A stretch of 64,000 nt of DNA from Burkholderiales bacterium (GTDB taxonomy: Bacteria; Pseudomonadota; Gammaproteobacteria; Burkholderiales; SG8-41), in assembly GCA_036555035.1 (NCBI GenBank), contig DATBMB010000174.1, positions 7,045 through 71,044 of the forward strand, given 5' to 3'. The translations under genes and the position numbers were made by a program. The notes below the pieces were generated by a model. The model saw only the letters and a list, made by a program, of their open reading frames with translations, searched no databases and was not told where the DNA came from. Positions 1 to 10,213 of the stretch are shown piece by piece; position 1 is the stretch's first letter, and the number at the start of each line of letters is the position of its first letter.

Positions 1-1225
1 TCTCCGAAAGGGCGATGGCGAGCCGCGCGATGGCCTGCTCGCGGGTGTCGCCGTAGGCGATGATCTTGCCGATCAGCGAATCGTAGTGCGGCGGCACGAA
101 GTAGCCGTTGTAGGCGTGCGAATCGACGCGGATGCCGGGGCCCCCGGGCATGTGGAAGGAGGTGATGCGCCCCGGCGAGGGCGTGAAGCGGTAGGGATCC
201 TCGGCGTTCACCCGGCACTCGATTGCGTGCCCGCGGAACTGCACGTCGCGCTGCTTCAGGCGCAGCTTCTCGCCCGACGCGATCCGGATCTGCTGCTGCA
301 CGATGTCGATGCCGGTGATCATCTCGGTCACCGGGTGCTCGACCTGCAGCCGCGTGTTGATCTCGATGAAGTAGAACTCACCGCGCTCGAACAGGAACTC
401 GAAGGTCGCCGCGCCCTCGTAGCCGAGCCGGTGGCACGCCTCGGCGCAGCGCTCGGCGATGCGGGAGCGGGCCCGCGCGCTGATGTGCAGCGCCGGGGCC
501 TCCTCGAGCAGCTTCTGGTGGCGCCGCTGCATCGAGCAGTCGCGCTCCCCGAGGTGGATCGCGTTGCGGAAGCGGTCGGCCAGCACCTGGAATTCGATGT
601 GGCGCGGGTCCTCGAGGTACTTCTCGATGTAGAGCATCGGGTTGCCGAAGGCCGCCTGCGCCTCCGTACGCGTGGTCTGCACCGCGGTCAGCAGCGCGGC
701 CTCGGTGTGCACCACGCGCATGCCGCGGCCTCCGCCCCCGCCCGCCGCCTTGATGATGACCGGGTAGCCGATCGAGCGCGCGATTTTCACCACGTCGTTC
801 GCTTCCTGCGGCAGCGGCTCGTCCACCCCCGGCACCACCGGTATCCCGGCCTTCTTCATCGCGTTCTTGGCGTTCACCTTGTCGCCCAGCAGCCGGATGG
901 TCTCGGCGCGCGGGCCGACGAACACGAATCCGCTCTGCACCACGCGCTCGGCAAAGTCGGCGTTCTCGGAGAGGAAGCCCCAGCCGGGGTGGATCGCCTC
1001 GGCGTCCGTCACCTCCGCGGCGCTGATGATGGCGGGGATATTGAGGTAGCTCGCGCTCGAGGGCGGCGGCCCGATGCACACGGACTCATCGGCGAGCTTG
1101 ACGTACTTGGCGTCGCGATCCGCCTCCGAGTGCACGACGACCGTCTTGATGCCGAGCTCGCGGCAGGCGCGCTGGATGCGCAGCGCCACCTCCCCGCGGT
1201 TGGCAATGAGTATTTTCTCGAACAT
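1..1225 (-). CDS. accC: acetyl-CoA carboxylase biotin carboxylase subunit (C-terminus lies beyond the left edge)
   Basis: My own translation of the minus strand from ATG at 1225..1223 gives [47 protein letters not shown]..., the canonical biotin carboxylase N-terminus. The frame stays open to the window edge, so it is missing from the ORF track. It lies directly downstream of accB. The + ORF 86..1237 is its antisense shadow. Confidence 0.95.
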   Translation of the reverse strand, partial: MFEKILIANRGEVALRIQRACRELGIKTVVVHSEADRDAKYVKLADESVCIGPPPSSASYLNIPAIISAAEVTDAEAIHPGWGFLSENADFAERVVQSGFVFVGPRAETIRLLGDKVNAKNAMKKAGIPVVPGVDEPLPQEANDVVKIARSIGYPVIIKAAGGGGGRGMRVVHTEAALLTAVQTTRTEAQAAFGNPMLYIEKYLEDPRHIEFQVLADRFRNAIHLGERDCSMQRRHQKLLEEAPALHISARARSRIAERCAEACHRLGYEGAATFEFLFERGEFYFIEINTRLQVEHPVTEMITGIDIVQQQIRIASGEKLRLKQRDVQFRGHAIECRVNAEDPYRFTPSPGRITSFHMPGGPGIRVDSHAYNGYFVPPHYDSLIGKIIAYGDTREQAIARLAIALSE

Positions 1226-1246
1226 GGCAAGCGGTAGGCTCGCCGC

Positions 1247-1720
1247 CTACCCGAGGATGAAAAGCGGCTCTCCGTATTCGACCGGCTGGCCGTTCTCGAC
1301 GAGGATCGCCTTGACGGTGCCGTCCTGGTCGGCTTCGATCTCGTTGAGAAGCTTCATCGCCTCGATGATGCAGAGCGTGTCGCCCGCCTTGACGGCCTGG
1401 CCCACGTCGACGAACGCCTTCGCCCCCGGCGCCGAGGAGCGGTAGAACGTGCCGACCATCGGCGAGCGGATGACGTGCCCCTCGGGCGCCGCCGCCGCAG
1501 CCTCGCCCTCGACCGGCGCCGCGGGCGCCCCGGCCGCCGCCGGGGCAGGCCCCGGTCCCGCGAGCGGGGGCGCGACGACGTGCGTCACCGTCGCCGCCTG
1601 CTGCCCGGCGCCCGCGCCGCGGCTGATCCGGACCTTCTCCTCGCCCTCGGTGATCTCGAGCTCCGCGATGCCCGACTGCTGCACGAGATCGATCAGCGTC
1701 TTGACCTTGCGCAGGTCCAT
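1247..1720 (-). CDS. accB: acetyl-CoA carboxylase biotin carboxyl carrier protein
   Basis: 157 aa with an Ala/Pro-rich linker. The C-terminal biotinyl domain carries [14 protein letters not shown] (AMK biotinyl-lysine motif). accC follows immediately. Confidence 0.95.
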   Translation of the reverse strand: MDLRKVKTLIDLVQQSGIAELEITEGEEKVRISRGAGAGQQAATVTHVVAPPLAGPGPAPAAAGAPAAPVEGEAAAAAPEGHVIRSPMVGTFYRSSAPGAKAFVDVGQAVKAGDTLCIIEAMKLLNEIEADQDGTVKAILVENGQPVEYGEPLFILG

Positions 1721-1723
1721 CGC

Positions 1724-2179
1724 CTAGCGCTTTCTCGCGGAATGGCTCAGGGCGAACTCCAGGGCGAGCTCGTAGCCCCGGGCGCCGAGCCCGCTGATGA
1801 TCCCGACCGCGATGTCGGTGAAATACGAGACGCGCCGGAAGGACTCGCGCGCGAACACGTTGGAGAGGTGCACCTCGACGAACGGGATGCCGACCGCTGC
1901 GAGCGCATCGCGCAGCGCCACGCTGGTATGGGTGTAGGCGGCCGGGTTGATGATGATGAAATCCACGCCCTCCCGGCGGGCCTGCTGGATGCGCTCGACC
2001 AAGTCCGCCTCGGCGTTGCTCTGGTAGGTCGACAGCCGCACCTTGGCCGCTCGTGCGCGCCGGCTGAGGCGGGAATTAATCGCTTTCAGGGTGTCGCTGC
2101 CGTAGTGCTGCGTCTCCCGGGTCCCCAGAAGGTTGAGATTCGGCCCGTTGATGACGAGTATGTTCTTGGCGCCAGCCAT
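1724..2179 (-). CDS. aroQ: type II 3-dehydroquinate dehydratase
   Basis: 151 aa. The N-terminus [21 protein letters not shown] is typical of type II dehydroquinase. The order aroQ-accB-accC is conserved. Confidence 0.93.
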   Translation of the reverse strand: MAGAKNILVINGPNLNLLGTRETQHYGSDTLKAINSRLSRRARAAKVRLSTYQSNAEADLVERIQQARREGVDFIIINPAAYTHTSVALRDALAAVGIPFVEVHLSNVFARESFRRVSYFTDIAVGIISGLGARGYELALEFALSHSARKR

Positions 2180-2347
2180 GCCGGTTCGGCCAGACCCTTA
2201 AGCGAGGATCGCGGCAAGTTTGCCAAAGATCGACGAAATTGTCCAGGATTTGGACGAAGTTACTGTAACTTGACCCTAGGGGGGTGGCTCGGCCGGTGGG
2301 GCGCTCCAAAAGGCCCCTTGGCCCCCGGCGCGGACCGGAAGCGGCCC

Positions 2348-2887
2348 TCAGAGGAGGGGTTTGACGAGGCTTTCCAGCCGGGCTTCCTTGATCCCACCGG
2401 GCTCGCGGCTCACCAGGTTGCCCTTGCGGTCGATCACCAGCGTGTAGGGCAGGACCCCTGCCCGGTTTCCGGCCTGGCGCAGTTGCTCCAGGGTCTCCAG
2501 CCCGGCGATCAGCAGGGGGTAGTTGATGCGGAACTCGCTGGCAAACGCGGCCACCTTGTCCGGCTGATCGAAGGCGATGCCGACGAACTGCAGCCCCCGG
2601 CTTCCGTAGCGCTCCTGCATCCGCACGAACACCGGGATCTCCTCCCGGCACGGCGCGCACCACGTCGCCCAGTAGTTGATGACGATTACCCCGCCCCGCC
2701 ATTGCCCGATTTCCCGCGTTCCGCCCGCGACGTCGGCGAGCGGGGTCGCCAGGACCCGCTCCACGACGGCTGCCGGATCCGTGCCGGATCCCGCCGAGCG
2801 TCCGGTCGACCACAGGTGGTAGGCGGCGCCCCCCGCGGCGGACAGGGCCGCCACCGCTGCGAACACCGCGACGGCGCGCGCCTTCAT
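2348..2887 (-). CDS. TlpA/ResA-like periplasmic thiol:disulfide oxidoreductase (thioredoxin fold)
   Basis: 179 aa with an N-terminal hydrophobic signal/anchor. It has the WATWCAPCREEIP CxxC motif. Its start overlaps the dsbD stop (ATGA). Confidence 0.85.
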   Translation of the reverse strand: MKARAVAVFAAVAALSAAGGAAYHLWSTGRSAGSGTDPAAVVERVLATPLADVAGGTREIGQWRGGVIVINYWATWCAPCREEIPVFVRMQERYGSRGLQFVGIAFDQPDKVAAFASEFRINYPLLIAGLETLEQLRQAGNRAGVLPYTLVIDRKGNLVSREPGGIKEARLESLVKPLL

Positions 2888-4668
2888 CGCCGGAAAGCGA
2901 GCGCCTGGTCGAGCACTGCCAGGAAGCGATCGGCCGCCTGGTATCCGATGACGCGCAAGCCCTCGATCTCGCGCCCGTCCCGATCGAAGAACACGATCCC
3001 CGGCGGGCCGAAGAGGCGGAAGCGCCTGAGCAGCGCCGCGTCCTGCGCGCTGTTGGCGGTGACGTCAGCCTGCAGCAGCACCATGTCGCGGAAGCGGGCC
3101 CGCACCCGCTTGTCGCTGAAGGTGTAACGCTCCATCTCCTTGCACGAGACGCACCAGTCCGCGTAGAAATCCAGCATCACGGTGCGCCCGGCGGCGGCGC
3201 GGATGCGCTCGTCGAGCTCGGTGACGCTCCCGATCCGCTCGAACGGCGTCTCGGTCGAGGCGCCCCCGGTTTCCGTGACGCGCAGGCCCGAGAGCGGCTG
3301 CAGCACGTCGCGTCCGCCCGAGAGCGCGCCGACGAGGTAGGCGAGGCCCGCGAGGAGCGCGAGGATGCCCAGCCCCTTGCTGAGCTTCTGGAAGCCGTGC
3401 GCCCCTGGGGGCAGGGGATCGATGGCGCGCAGGGTGATCGCGGTCACGATCAGGAGCGCCGCCCACGCGAGCATCTGGACCGCCACCGGCAGAAACGGCG
3501 AGACGATGTAGATCGCCATCCCGAGCAGCAGGGTGCCGAAGCCGCGCTTCACCGTCTCCATCCATGGCCCCGCCTTCGGCATCAGCGCCCCGGCCGATGC
3601 GCCCACCGCGAGAAGCGGCACGCCCATCCCGAGCGCCATCGCGAAGAGCGCCGAGCCCCCGAGCACGACGTCGCGGCTCTGCCCGATGTAGAGCAGCGCC
3701 CCCGCCAGGGGCGCAGCCATGCAGGGACCGAGGATCAGCGCCGAGAGCACCCCCATCACGAATACGCCCACCGCGTGCCCGCCGTGGAACCGGCTGCTCG
3801 CATCGGCGAGCCGGCTCTGCAGCGCCACCGGCAGCTGCAGGTCGTAGAGCCCGAACATGGCGAGCGCGAGGGCGACGAACACCAGCGCGAACGCGCCGAG
3901 AACCCAGGGCGTCTGCAGCGCCACCGAGAGCATCGCCCCGGACAATCCCGCCGCGACCCCGGCCACCGCATAGGTGACCGCCATGCCGAGGACGTAGACG
4001 GCCGCCAGCGTGAAGCCCCGCGTCTTGGTGATGGGCTGGCGCGCGCCGACGATGACGCTCGAGAGGATGGGGACCATCGGCAGCACGCAGGGCGTGAACG
4101 ACAGCAGCAGCCCGAAGCCGAAGAAGCTTGCGATCGCGAGCCAGAATCCGCCCTCGAACACCCGCGCCGCGAGCGTGTCGTCCGCCGCCGCGCCCGGCCC
4201 GGAGAAAAATCCGGGGGCGGCGTCACTGCGCGCGGCCCCGCCTGCCAGCGAAGCGAGCCGCAGCTCGGCTTTCTGCTCGTGCGGCACGTAGCACACGCCG
4301 ATGTCCGCGCAGCCCTGCGAGATCGCGCTGAGCTGCAGCGCCGGAACGCTCGCATCGGCGAGCTCGAAGGGCAGCACGATGGTGAGGTCCCCGCGATAGG
4401 TCTCGACCTCGCCGAAGAACTCGTCGCGGTGCTTTTTCCCCGGCGGCAACTGCGGCGCTCCGACTCTTGCGCCCGCGGGGGCGAGCGTGAACTGGAACTT
4501 GTCCCGGTACATGTAGTAGCCGGGGGCGATCTGGTAGCGCACCTCGATCGAGCGCGCGTCGCTCAGGCGCGCGGCGAATCGAAATGCCTTGTCCGGCTCG
4601 AGCAGCTCCGGCTCCGCCGCGCGCGTGCCACACGCAATCGCCAGCAGGACGATCAGGGTGAAGCGCAT
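2884..4668 (-). CDS. dsbD: thiol:disulfide interchange protein DsbD
   Basis: 594 aa with a signal peptide and a periplasmic N-domain. The central multi-TM core carries FTPCVLPMVPIL, and the C-terminal thioredoxin domain carries FYADWCVSCKEME. Confidence 0.93.
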   Translation of the reverse strand: MRFTLIVLLAIACGTRAAEPELLEPDKAFRFAARLSDARSIEVRYQIAPGYYMYRDKFQFTLAPAGARVGAPQLPPGKKHRDEFFGEVETYRGDLTIVLPFELADASVPALQLSAISQGCADIGVCYVPHEQKAELRLASLAGGAARSDAAPGFFSGPGAAADDTLAARVFEGGFWLAIASFFGFGLLLSFTPCVLPMVPILSSVIVGARQPITKTRGFTLAAVYVLGMAVTYAVAGVAAGLSGAMLSVALQTPWVLGAFALVFVALALAMFGLYDLQLPVALQSRLADASSRFHGGHAVGVFVMGVLSALILGPCMAAPLAGALLYIGQSRDVVLGGSALFAMALGMGVPLLAVGASAGALMPKAGPWMETVKRGFGTLLLGMAIYIVSPFLPVAVQMLAWAALLIVTAITLRAIDPLPPGAHGFQKLSKGLGILALLAGLAYLVGALSGGRDVLQPLSGLRVTETGGASTETPFERIGSVTELDERIRAAAGRTVMLDFYADWCVSCKEMERYTFSDKRVRARFRDMVLLQADVTANSAQDAALLRRFRLFGPPGIVFFDRDGREIEGLRVIGYQAADRFLAVLDQALAFRR

Positions 4669-4687
4669 GGCGGGGGGATGAATCCTG

Positions 4688-5017
4688 TCAGCCGATGGAG
4701 ATGCTGGTTTCGTCCGCGACCCACCGCAGGTAGTCCTCGAAACCGCGCACCATTGGGACCGCGATTATTTCCGGAAGTTCATAGGGATGCAGCCTGCGGA
4801 TCGCGGCCTCGACCTCGGCGTAGCGGGCGCCGCGCGTCTTGATCAGGACCGGCACTTCGCGCGCGTTCTCGACCGCGCCCTTCCAGCGGTAGACCGACGC
4901 GCACTCGGCGAGCACGTTCACGCACGCCGCGAGCTTCTTCGCGACGAGCTCGTGGGCGAGCCGCGTCGCGGCCTCGCGGTCGGGCAGGTTCGTGAATACG
5001 ATGATCGCGTCATCCAT
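4688..5017 (-). CDS. cutA: divalent-cation tolerance protein CutA
   Basis: 109 aa. It has the CutA1-like core KKLAACVNVL...SVYRWKGAVE...LIKT. The position upstream of dsbD matches many proteobacteria. Confidence 0.88.
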   Translation of the reverse strand: MDDAIIVFTNLPDREAATRLAHELVAKKLAACVNVLAECASVYRWKGAVENAREVPVLIKTRGARYAEVEAAIRRLHPYELPEIIAVPMVRGFEDYLRWVADETSISIG

Positions 5018-5130
5018 GCGCGCGGATGCCCGCCGGTCGCTGTGGTAGACTGCCGCCCCGCTCCTGTTTCATGAGACGATTCTAGCTCAACCGCTCCGCC
5101 GAGCCGCGGCGGCGGCGCGATCGCGAAACC

Positions 5131-6159
5131 GTGTCCCACCAGGTCACCATCCAGTCGAGCGGTCACCAGTTCACCGTCAACGATGGCGAGACCGTGCTCG
5201 CCGCCGCCTTGCGCGAGGGCATCGTCATCGCCTACGGCTGCCGCCACGGCATCTGCGGCACCTGCAAGGGCCGGCTGCTCGCGGGCGCCGTGGATTACGG
5301 CGTCTACCAGGAGCACGCCATGACCGAGGCGGAGCGGCGCGCGGGCATGGCGCTGTTCTGCCAGGCGAAGCCGCTCGCCGATCTCACCATCCAGTGCCGC
5401 GAGATCGGCTCGGCCGTGAAGGGCATCCAGATCAAGATCCTGCCGGCCCGCGTCGTGAAGATGCAGCGCGCCGCGCCCGACGTGATGCTGCTCGATCTCA
5501 AGCTCCCGGCGAACGAGCGGCTGCAGTATCTCGCCGGCCAGTACATCGACGTCCTGCTGCGGGGCGGCATCCGCCGCAGCTTCTCGATGGCGAACGCGCC
5601 GGGGGACGACGGCGTTCTCCAGCTGCACCTGAGAGACTACGGCGGCCCGTTCAGCCAGCATGTCTTCGGCACGATGAAGGAAAAGGACATCGTCCGCTTC
5701 GAGGGCCCCTTCGGGACGTTCTTCCTGCGCGAGGAGAGCGCGAAGCCCATCATCCTCCTCGCAAGCGGCACCGGCTTCGCGCCGATCAAGGCAATCGTGG
5801 AGCATGCGCAGCACACGGGGGTGAGCCGCCCAATGACGCTCTACTGGGGATGCCGGGTGCGCGCCGATCTCTACCTGAACGGGCTTGCGGAAAGCTGGCA
5901 CCATGCGGGCACGCTTCGCTACGTGCCGGTGCTCTCCGATGCCCCCGTCTCGGACGGCTGGACCGGGCGCACCGGTCTGGTCCACCGCGCCGTGATGGAG
6001 GATTTCCCGGATCTCTCCGGCTACCAGGTCTACGCCTGCGGCGCGCCGGTGATGGTGGACGCAGCGCGCCGCGATTTCACCTCGAGGTGCGGCCTGCCCG
6101 AGGAGGAGTTTTACTCCGACTCCTTCACCCCCTCGGCGCCGGAGCCGGCACCGGGCTGA
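5131..6159 (+). CDS. 2Fe-2S ferredoxin / FAD-NAD(P) oxidoreductase fusion (FNR family, CDP-6-deoxy-delta-3,4-glucoseen reductase-like)
   Basis: 342 aa. It has a plant-type 2Fe-2S motif CRHGICGTCKGRLL, the FAD motif RRSFSMAN and the NAD motif LLASGTGFAPIK. Confidence 0.85.
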   Translation: MSHQVTIQSSGHQFTVNDGETVLAAALREGIVIAYGCRHGICGTCKGRLLAGAVDYGVYQEHAMTEAERRAGMALFCQAKPLADLTIQCREIGSAVKGIQIKILPARVVKMQRAAPDVMLLDLKLPANERLQYLAGQYIDVLLRGGIRRSFSMANAPGDDGVLQLHLRDYGGPFSQHVFGTMKEKDIVRFEGPFGTFFLREESAKPIILLASGTGFAPIKAIVEHAQHTGVSRPMTLYWGCRVRADLYLNGLAESWHHAGTLRYVPVLSDAPVSDGWTGRTGLVHRAVMEDFPDLSGYQVYACGAPVMVDAARRDFTSRCGLPEEEFYSDSFTPSAPEPAPG

Positions 6160-6175
6160 GCCCGCGAGCGCTTCC

Positions 6176-7075
6176 ATGCCGAGCACCGGCGCCAGCAAGT
6201 TCGCGCTCCTGTCGATCGCCGCGGCGCTGGCGACCATCGCGCTGAAGACCCTGGCGTGGTGGCTCACCGGCTCGGTCGGGCTGCTCTCGGACGCCATCGA
6301 GGGCAGCATCAACCTCGCCGGCGCCACCGTCGCGCTGGCGATGATCAGCGTCGCAGCCCGCCCCCCCGACGAGGATCACGCGTTCGGCTACACCAAGGCC
6401 GAGTATTTCGCGAGCGGGCTGGAGGGAACCCTCATCCTCGCCGCGGCGATCGCCATCGGCATCGCCGCGGTCGACCGCCTCATCACCCCGCGGCCGCTCG
6501 AGCAGGTCGGCACCGGGCTTGCCGTCGCAGTGGCCGCCTCGCTCATCAATTACGGCGTCGCGCGGCGGCTCGACCGGGCGGCCCGGCACTACCGGTCCGT
6601 CGCGCTCGATGCCGACGCCCGGCATCTCATGACCGACGTCTGGACCTCCGCGGGAGTCATCGCCGGAGTTGCCGCGGTGTGGCTCACCGGCTGGGCGCGG
6701 CTCGACCCCCTGATCGCGCTGGCGGTGGCCGCCCATATCGTGTGGTCCGGCTACAAGCTCATGCAGCGCTCGATCCACGGCCTGCTCGACCGCGCGCTGC
6801 CGCCCGACAAGATGCAGGCGCTCGAGGGTGCGCTCGAGCGCCACCGTGCCCGGGGCATCGATTTCCACGCCCTGCGCACGCGCCAGGCGGGCGCGCGCTC
6901 GTTCGTCACGCTGCACGTGCTGGTCCCGGCCGACTGGACGGTCGCGCGGGGCCACGAGCTGGCGCACGAGGTCGAGAACGACATCCGCGCGGCGCTTCCC
7001 GGTGCCGCGGTGCTGACGCACGTGGAGCCGCTCGGCTACCCGGAGTCCTACCAGGACGTGGACCTCGACCGCTAG
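6176..7075 (+). CDS. cation diffusion facilitator (CDF) family metal efflux transporter
   Basis: 299 aa with six predicted TM segments. The metal-site motifs are LLSDAIEGSINL and HLMTDVWTSAG, followed by a C-terminal cytoplasmic domain. Confidence 0.88.
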   Translation: MPSTGASKFALLSIAAALATIALKTLAWWLTGSVGLLSDAIEGSINLAGATVALAMISVAARPPDEDHAFGYTKAEYFASGLEGTLILAAAIAIGIAAVDRLITPRPLEQVGTGLAVAVAASLINYGVARRLDRAARHYRSVALDADARHLMTDVWTSAGVIAGVAAVWLTGWARLDPLIALAVAAHIVWSGYKLMQRSIHGLLDRALPPDKMQALEGALERHRARGIDFHALRTRQAGARSFVTLHVLVPADWTVARGHELAHEVENDIRAALPGAAVLTHVEPLGYPESYQDVDLDR

Positions 7076-8277
7076 AGCGACGTGCGGCGGCGCCCCCCGG
7101 TCGCGGCGTTCAACTGCGCCAGCGCGAGCCTCAGGCCCTCGCGGTCGTGCCGCCGCGCGGCCTCGGCATTGCCGAGGCTCTCCTGCAGCCGGGCGAGCGC
7201 CAGGTGCGCGGTGTAGGTCGGCTCGACCGCGACGCTCGCCTCGAGATAGCTCTGCGCCTTGCCCCACAACCCCTGCTCGCCGCACAGGCGGCCGAGCGTC
7301 AGCAGCAGCACAGCATCCCCGGGATGCGCCTTCAACCACTCCTCGGCGCGCTCGATGCGCCGCACGGCGTCGCCGCCCTCGCACTCGGCATAGAGGCGTA
7401 CCAGCTCGCTGTCCCAGTTCGCGCTCACGGCCTGCTCGACGATCCGGTGCGCCCGGTCACAGCCCCCCAGCGCGATGAAGCCGCGCGCCGCCGCCAGCGC
7501 GACGCGCCGCTCGGTGCGGTCCGAGGACGACAGCTTGTCCCACGCCTCCTCCAGCGCGCGCGCATCCACGGCCTTGCGCTTGAGATGCTCCGCGAGCGCG
7601 TAGCGGCGCAGCTGGTCCGCTTGCTCGGGGTCGTACACGCCGCGCTTGCGCAGCTCCTCCGTCAGCGCCAGCACCTCCCCCCAGTTGCGCGCCTGCTGCT
7701 GGGCTTTGAGCTCCAAGCGCAGCGCCGCAGTGTGGCGGCGCGGGAGCCGCCGCAGCATTTCGAGCGCGTCCTGGTGGCGGCGCTCCTCGAGCATCAAGTC
7801 GGCCTCGGTCACGACCCGCGCGGGCGCGTCGGGAAGGGCGGCGGCCGCCTGCGCGAGATAGGCGTCGCGCCGCTCGTAGTCGCGCAGCTCGTGCGCTGCG
7901 CGCGCTGCCAGCAGCGCCGCGAGGCCGGAAAACTCGCGCCACTCGAGGGCGGCGGCAGCGGCGTGCTCCGCCCGGCGGTAGCGCCCCGCGAGATACTCCT
8001 GCAGCGCCTCGAGGAGCGTCGCCCAGGCCCTCTCGCGGCGCCGCGAGTCGCGGTACGCGCGTACCTGCCCCGGCAGGCGCAGCGCGGCGCTCGCGGCACG
8101 CACCAGCGCGTAGCCGGCGGCGAACGCAAGGAGCAGCAGGACGATGAGAAAGTTGAGCGAGATCTCGACGCGCCAGGGCGGCAGCATCAGCAGCGCGTAG
8201 CCGCGATTATGCGCGGCTGCGAGCGTGAGCCCCACGGCAAGCGCCGCGATCACCACCAGCCAGAGCAGGGCCCTCAC
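7072..8277 (-). CDS. hemY: HemY-like heme-biosynthesis-associated TPR membrane protein
   Basis: It lies downstream of hemC-hemD-hemX and has N-terminal TM segments (RALLWLVVIAALAVGLTLAA) followed by TPR-like repeats. I prefer the GTG start at 8277. The track ATG at 8382 would overlap hemX by 92 nt and add an Arg-rich, non-homologous leader. Confidence 0.8.
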   Translation of the reverse strand: MRALLWLVVIAALAVGLTLAAAHNRGYALLMLPPWRVEISLNFLIVLLLLAFAAGYALVRAASAALRLPGQVRAYRDSRRRERAWATLLEALQEYLAGRYRRAEHAAAAALEWREFSGLAALLAARAAHELRDYERRDAYLAQAAAALPDAPARVVTEADLMLEERRHQDALEMLRRLPRRHTAALRLELKAQQQARNWGEVLALTEELRKRGVYDPEQADQLRRYALAEHLKRKAVDARALEEAWDKLSSSDRTERRVALAAARGFIALGGCDRAHRIVEQAVSANWDSELVRLYAECEGGDAVRRIERAEEWLKAHPGDAVLLLTLGRLCGEQGLWGKAQSYLEASVAVEPTYTAHLALARLQESLGNAEAARRHDREGLRLALAQLNAATGGRRRTSL

Positions 8278-8290
8278 GGTTGCCGCCCAC

Positions 8291-9340
8291 TCACCGCCGG
8301 CCGCGCTCGCGGGCTGCCCGCAGGTTGCGCATGGCCTCGAGCGTTGCGCCGATCTCCGGCGCCTCGATCCCGACCTCGGCATCGTGCAGGCTCTTCAGCG
8401 TCGCCAGGGCACGCGCCACGTTGTTGTTGCGCGTAGCGTAGTAGCGGCCGAGCCAGTCGCGCGCCGCCTTCAGGTCGGCCTTGTAGCTCGTCGCATCGCG
8501 GCCGAGCAGCGCCAGGCGCGCGCCGATGAGACGCAGCTTCAGGTTCTCGCGCAGGAAGAAAGCGTGGGAGGGCGAGAGCAGGGCGGCGTCAGGCTGGTCC
8601 ATGCGCTCCACGCGGATCAACTGGCCGAGCTCGGTCCGGACATCGTCCCAGAAGCGCGTCCAGGAGCCGGCCGGGGCCGCCTCGGTCGCGGCAGCAGGCG
8701 GCTCAGGCTGCGCTCGCGCCTCCATCGCGAGGGGGAGCTTGTCCACCTGCGCGATGAGCGCATCGAGCCGCGCGCTGATCGCGAGCGCGTCCACGTGCGG
8801 CGCCGACTTCAGCCGCTCGATGTCGCGGGTAATGGCCTTGCGCAAGGGCGCCAGCTGCGGCCGGTCCATGCGCCGCAGGCGAGCGTCTGCGGTCTGCAGC
8901 GCCGCGAGCGCGGCCTTCACGTTGCCGGCGAGGGAGAGCTGCTGGCTGGCGATGGCGAGCGACTGCTCGATCTCGGCGTAGGCCCAGTCGTCGCGGTGGC
9001 GCGCGAGCTCCTGGTTGAGCGCATCGAGCGCTCCACGCTGGCTCTCAACGTCCGCGAGCCGGCTCTCGAGCGCGGCAAGCCTCGCTTGCGCGGCGGCGGC
9101 CGCCTCGCGCGCCTCCACCGCCGCCAGCCGGCCGGCGCGCGCCTCGGCGCCGGCCGCGGCGAGCCTCTCCGCCGTCTCCTGGCGCAGCGCCGCGGTCTCG
9201 CCATAGCCTTCGTACCACTGCCAGGCCGCCAGGGCGAGGGCGAGCACCGCGATCCACAACGCCGGATCGAAACCGGGCGACGGCCGTGCCTGCGCGGGCA
9301 GTGCGGACGGGGGCCGCGTCTCGGGCGGGGATTCGCTCAC
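8291..9340 (-). CDS. hemX: HemX (uroporphyrinogen-III C-methyltransferase-like membrane protein)
   Basis: 349 aa with an N-terminal TM segment followed by a long Ala/Glu/Arg coiled-coil region. Its position between hemD and hemY is conserved. Confidence 0.8.
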   Translation of the reverse strand: MSESPPETRPPSALPAQARPSPGFDPALWIAVLALALAAWQWYEGYGETAALRQETAERLAAAGAEARAGRLAAVEAREAAAAAQARLAALESRLADVESQRGALDALNQELARHRDDWAYAEIEQSLAIASQQLSLAGNVKAALAALQTADARLRRMDRPQLAPLRKAITRDIERLKSAPHVDALAISARLDALIAQVDKLPLAMEARAQPEPPAAATEAAPAGSWTRFWDDVRTELGQLIRVERMDQPDAALLSPSHAFFLRENLKLRLIGARLALLGRDATSYKADLKAARDWLGRYYATRNNNVARALATLKSLHDAEVGIEAPEIGATLEAMRNLRAARERGRR

Positions 9341-9403
9341 GGGGATTCGCGCCTATTATCGAGATAGGCTCTAGTATGCGGGGAGGCGCCGGGACGCGGC
9401 AAT

Positions 9404-10180
9404 TCAGCGCGCCGCGGCGAAGTACGCGGTGAGCCCGGTGAGCATCCCGTCGTCGCCCGGCCCGGTCACGATTACCTTGCGCACGCCCAGCTCGTGCGCG
9501 GCCTCGGCGATGCGCGGGTGCGGCACGAAGAGCGGTGTCGCCGGCAGCCGCTCGCGCCCGGCGGGCCCGATCATGTCGGCGAAATTGCGCAAGCCTTCGC
9601 TGCTGGTGACGGTGACGGCGTCGACGCCCTTGCGCGCCCAGGCTTCAAGCAGCGGCGCCGCGTCGAACTCTGGCCGCACGCGGCGGTAGCATTCCGCGTA
9701 CTCGACCGTTGCGCCGCGCGCGCGCAGCGTCTCGGCGAGCGCCTCGCGGCCGCCGGCGCCGCGGAAGATCACCACGCGCCGGCCGCTCACCGCTGCGAGC
9801 GCCGGCAGCTCGGCGAGCGCCTCGCTGTCGGAGCGCCCCTGCGGAGCGAGGATGCCCGTCACCCCGAAGCGCTCGAGCGCGCGCACGCTGCCGCCGCCGA
9901 CGGTCGCAACCTGCAGCCGGCGGGGAAGCTTGCGGCGGGCGCTGATCAGGCTCATCGCCCGCTCGACCGCATTGGGGCTCACGAAGACCGCGAGATCGAA
10001 CTCGTCAAGCCGGTCGACGAGCTGCACGAACGGGCCCGGGTCCTCGATGTCACGGATCTCGATGGCGGGAAACAGGATGGCGCGGCCCCCGGCGCCCGTA
10101 ACCAGGCGCGCGAAGGCCTGCGCCTGGTGCGCGGGCCGCGTCACCACGATCGACTTGCCTTTGAGCGGCTGGTCTTTCAT
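9404..10180 (-). CDS. hemD: uroporphyrinogen-III synthase
   Basis: 258 aa. The N-terminus GKSIVVTRPAHQA and the two-lobe HEM4-like repeat pattern fit HemD. It lies immediately downstream of hemC. Confidence 0.88.
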   Translation of the reverse strand: MKDQPLKGKSIVVTRPAHQAQAFARLVTGAGGRAILFPAIEIRDIEDPGPFVQLVDRLDEFDLAVFVSPNAVERAMSLISARRKLPRRLQVATVGGGSVRALERFGVTGILAPQGRSDSEALAELPALAAVSGRRVVIFRGAGGREALAETLRARGATVEYAECYRRVRPEFDAAPLLEAWARKGVDAVTVTSSEGLRNFADMIGPAGRERLPATPLFVPHPRIAEAAHELGVRKVIVTGPGDDGMLTGLTAYFAAAR

Positions 10181-10213
10181 AGCCGTTCCGGTGCGCTCAG
10201 TGTGCCCGCCGCC

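Noticed and set aside
86-1237. A 383-aa plus-strand ORF at the left edge.
   Set aside because: It is the antisense shadow of accC, whose minus-strand translation is a textbook biotin carboxylase.
8278-8382. An apparent 92-nt overlap of hemY with hemX when the track ATG is used.
   Set aside because: The extra 35 codons are Arg/Ser-rich and precede the conserved HemY N-terminal TM helix. A GTG at 8277 gives a 13-nt intergenic gap instead.
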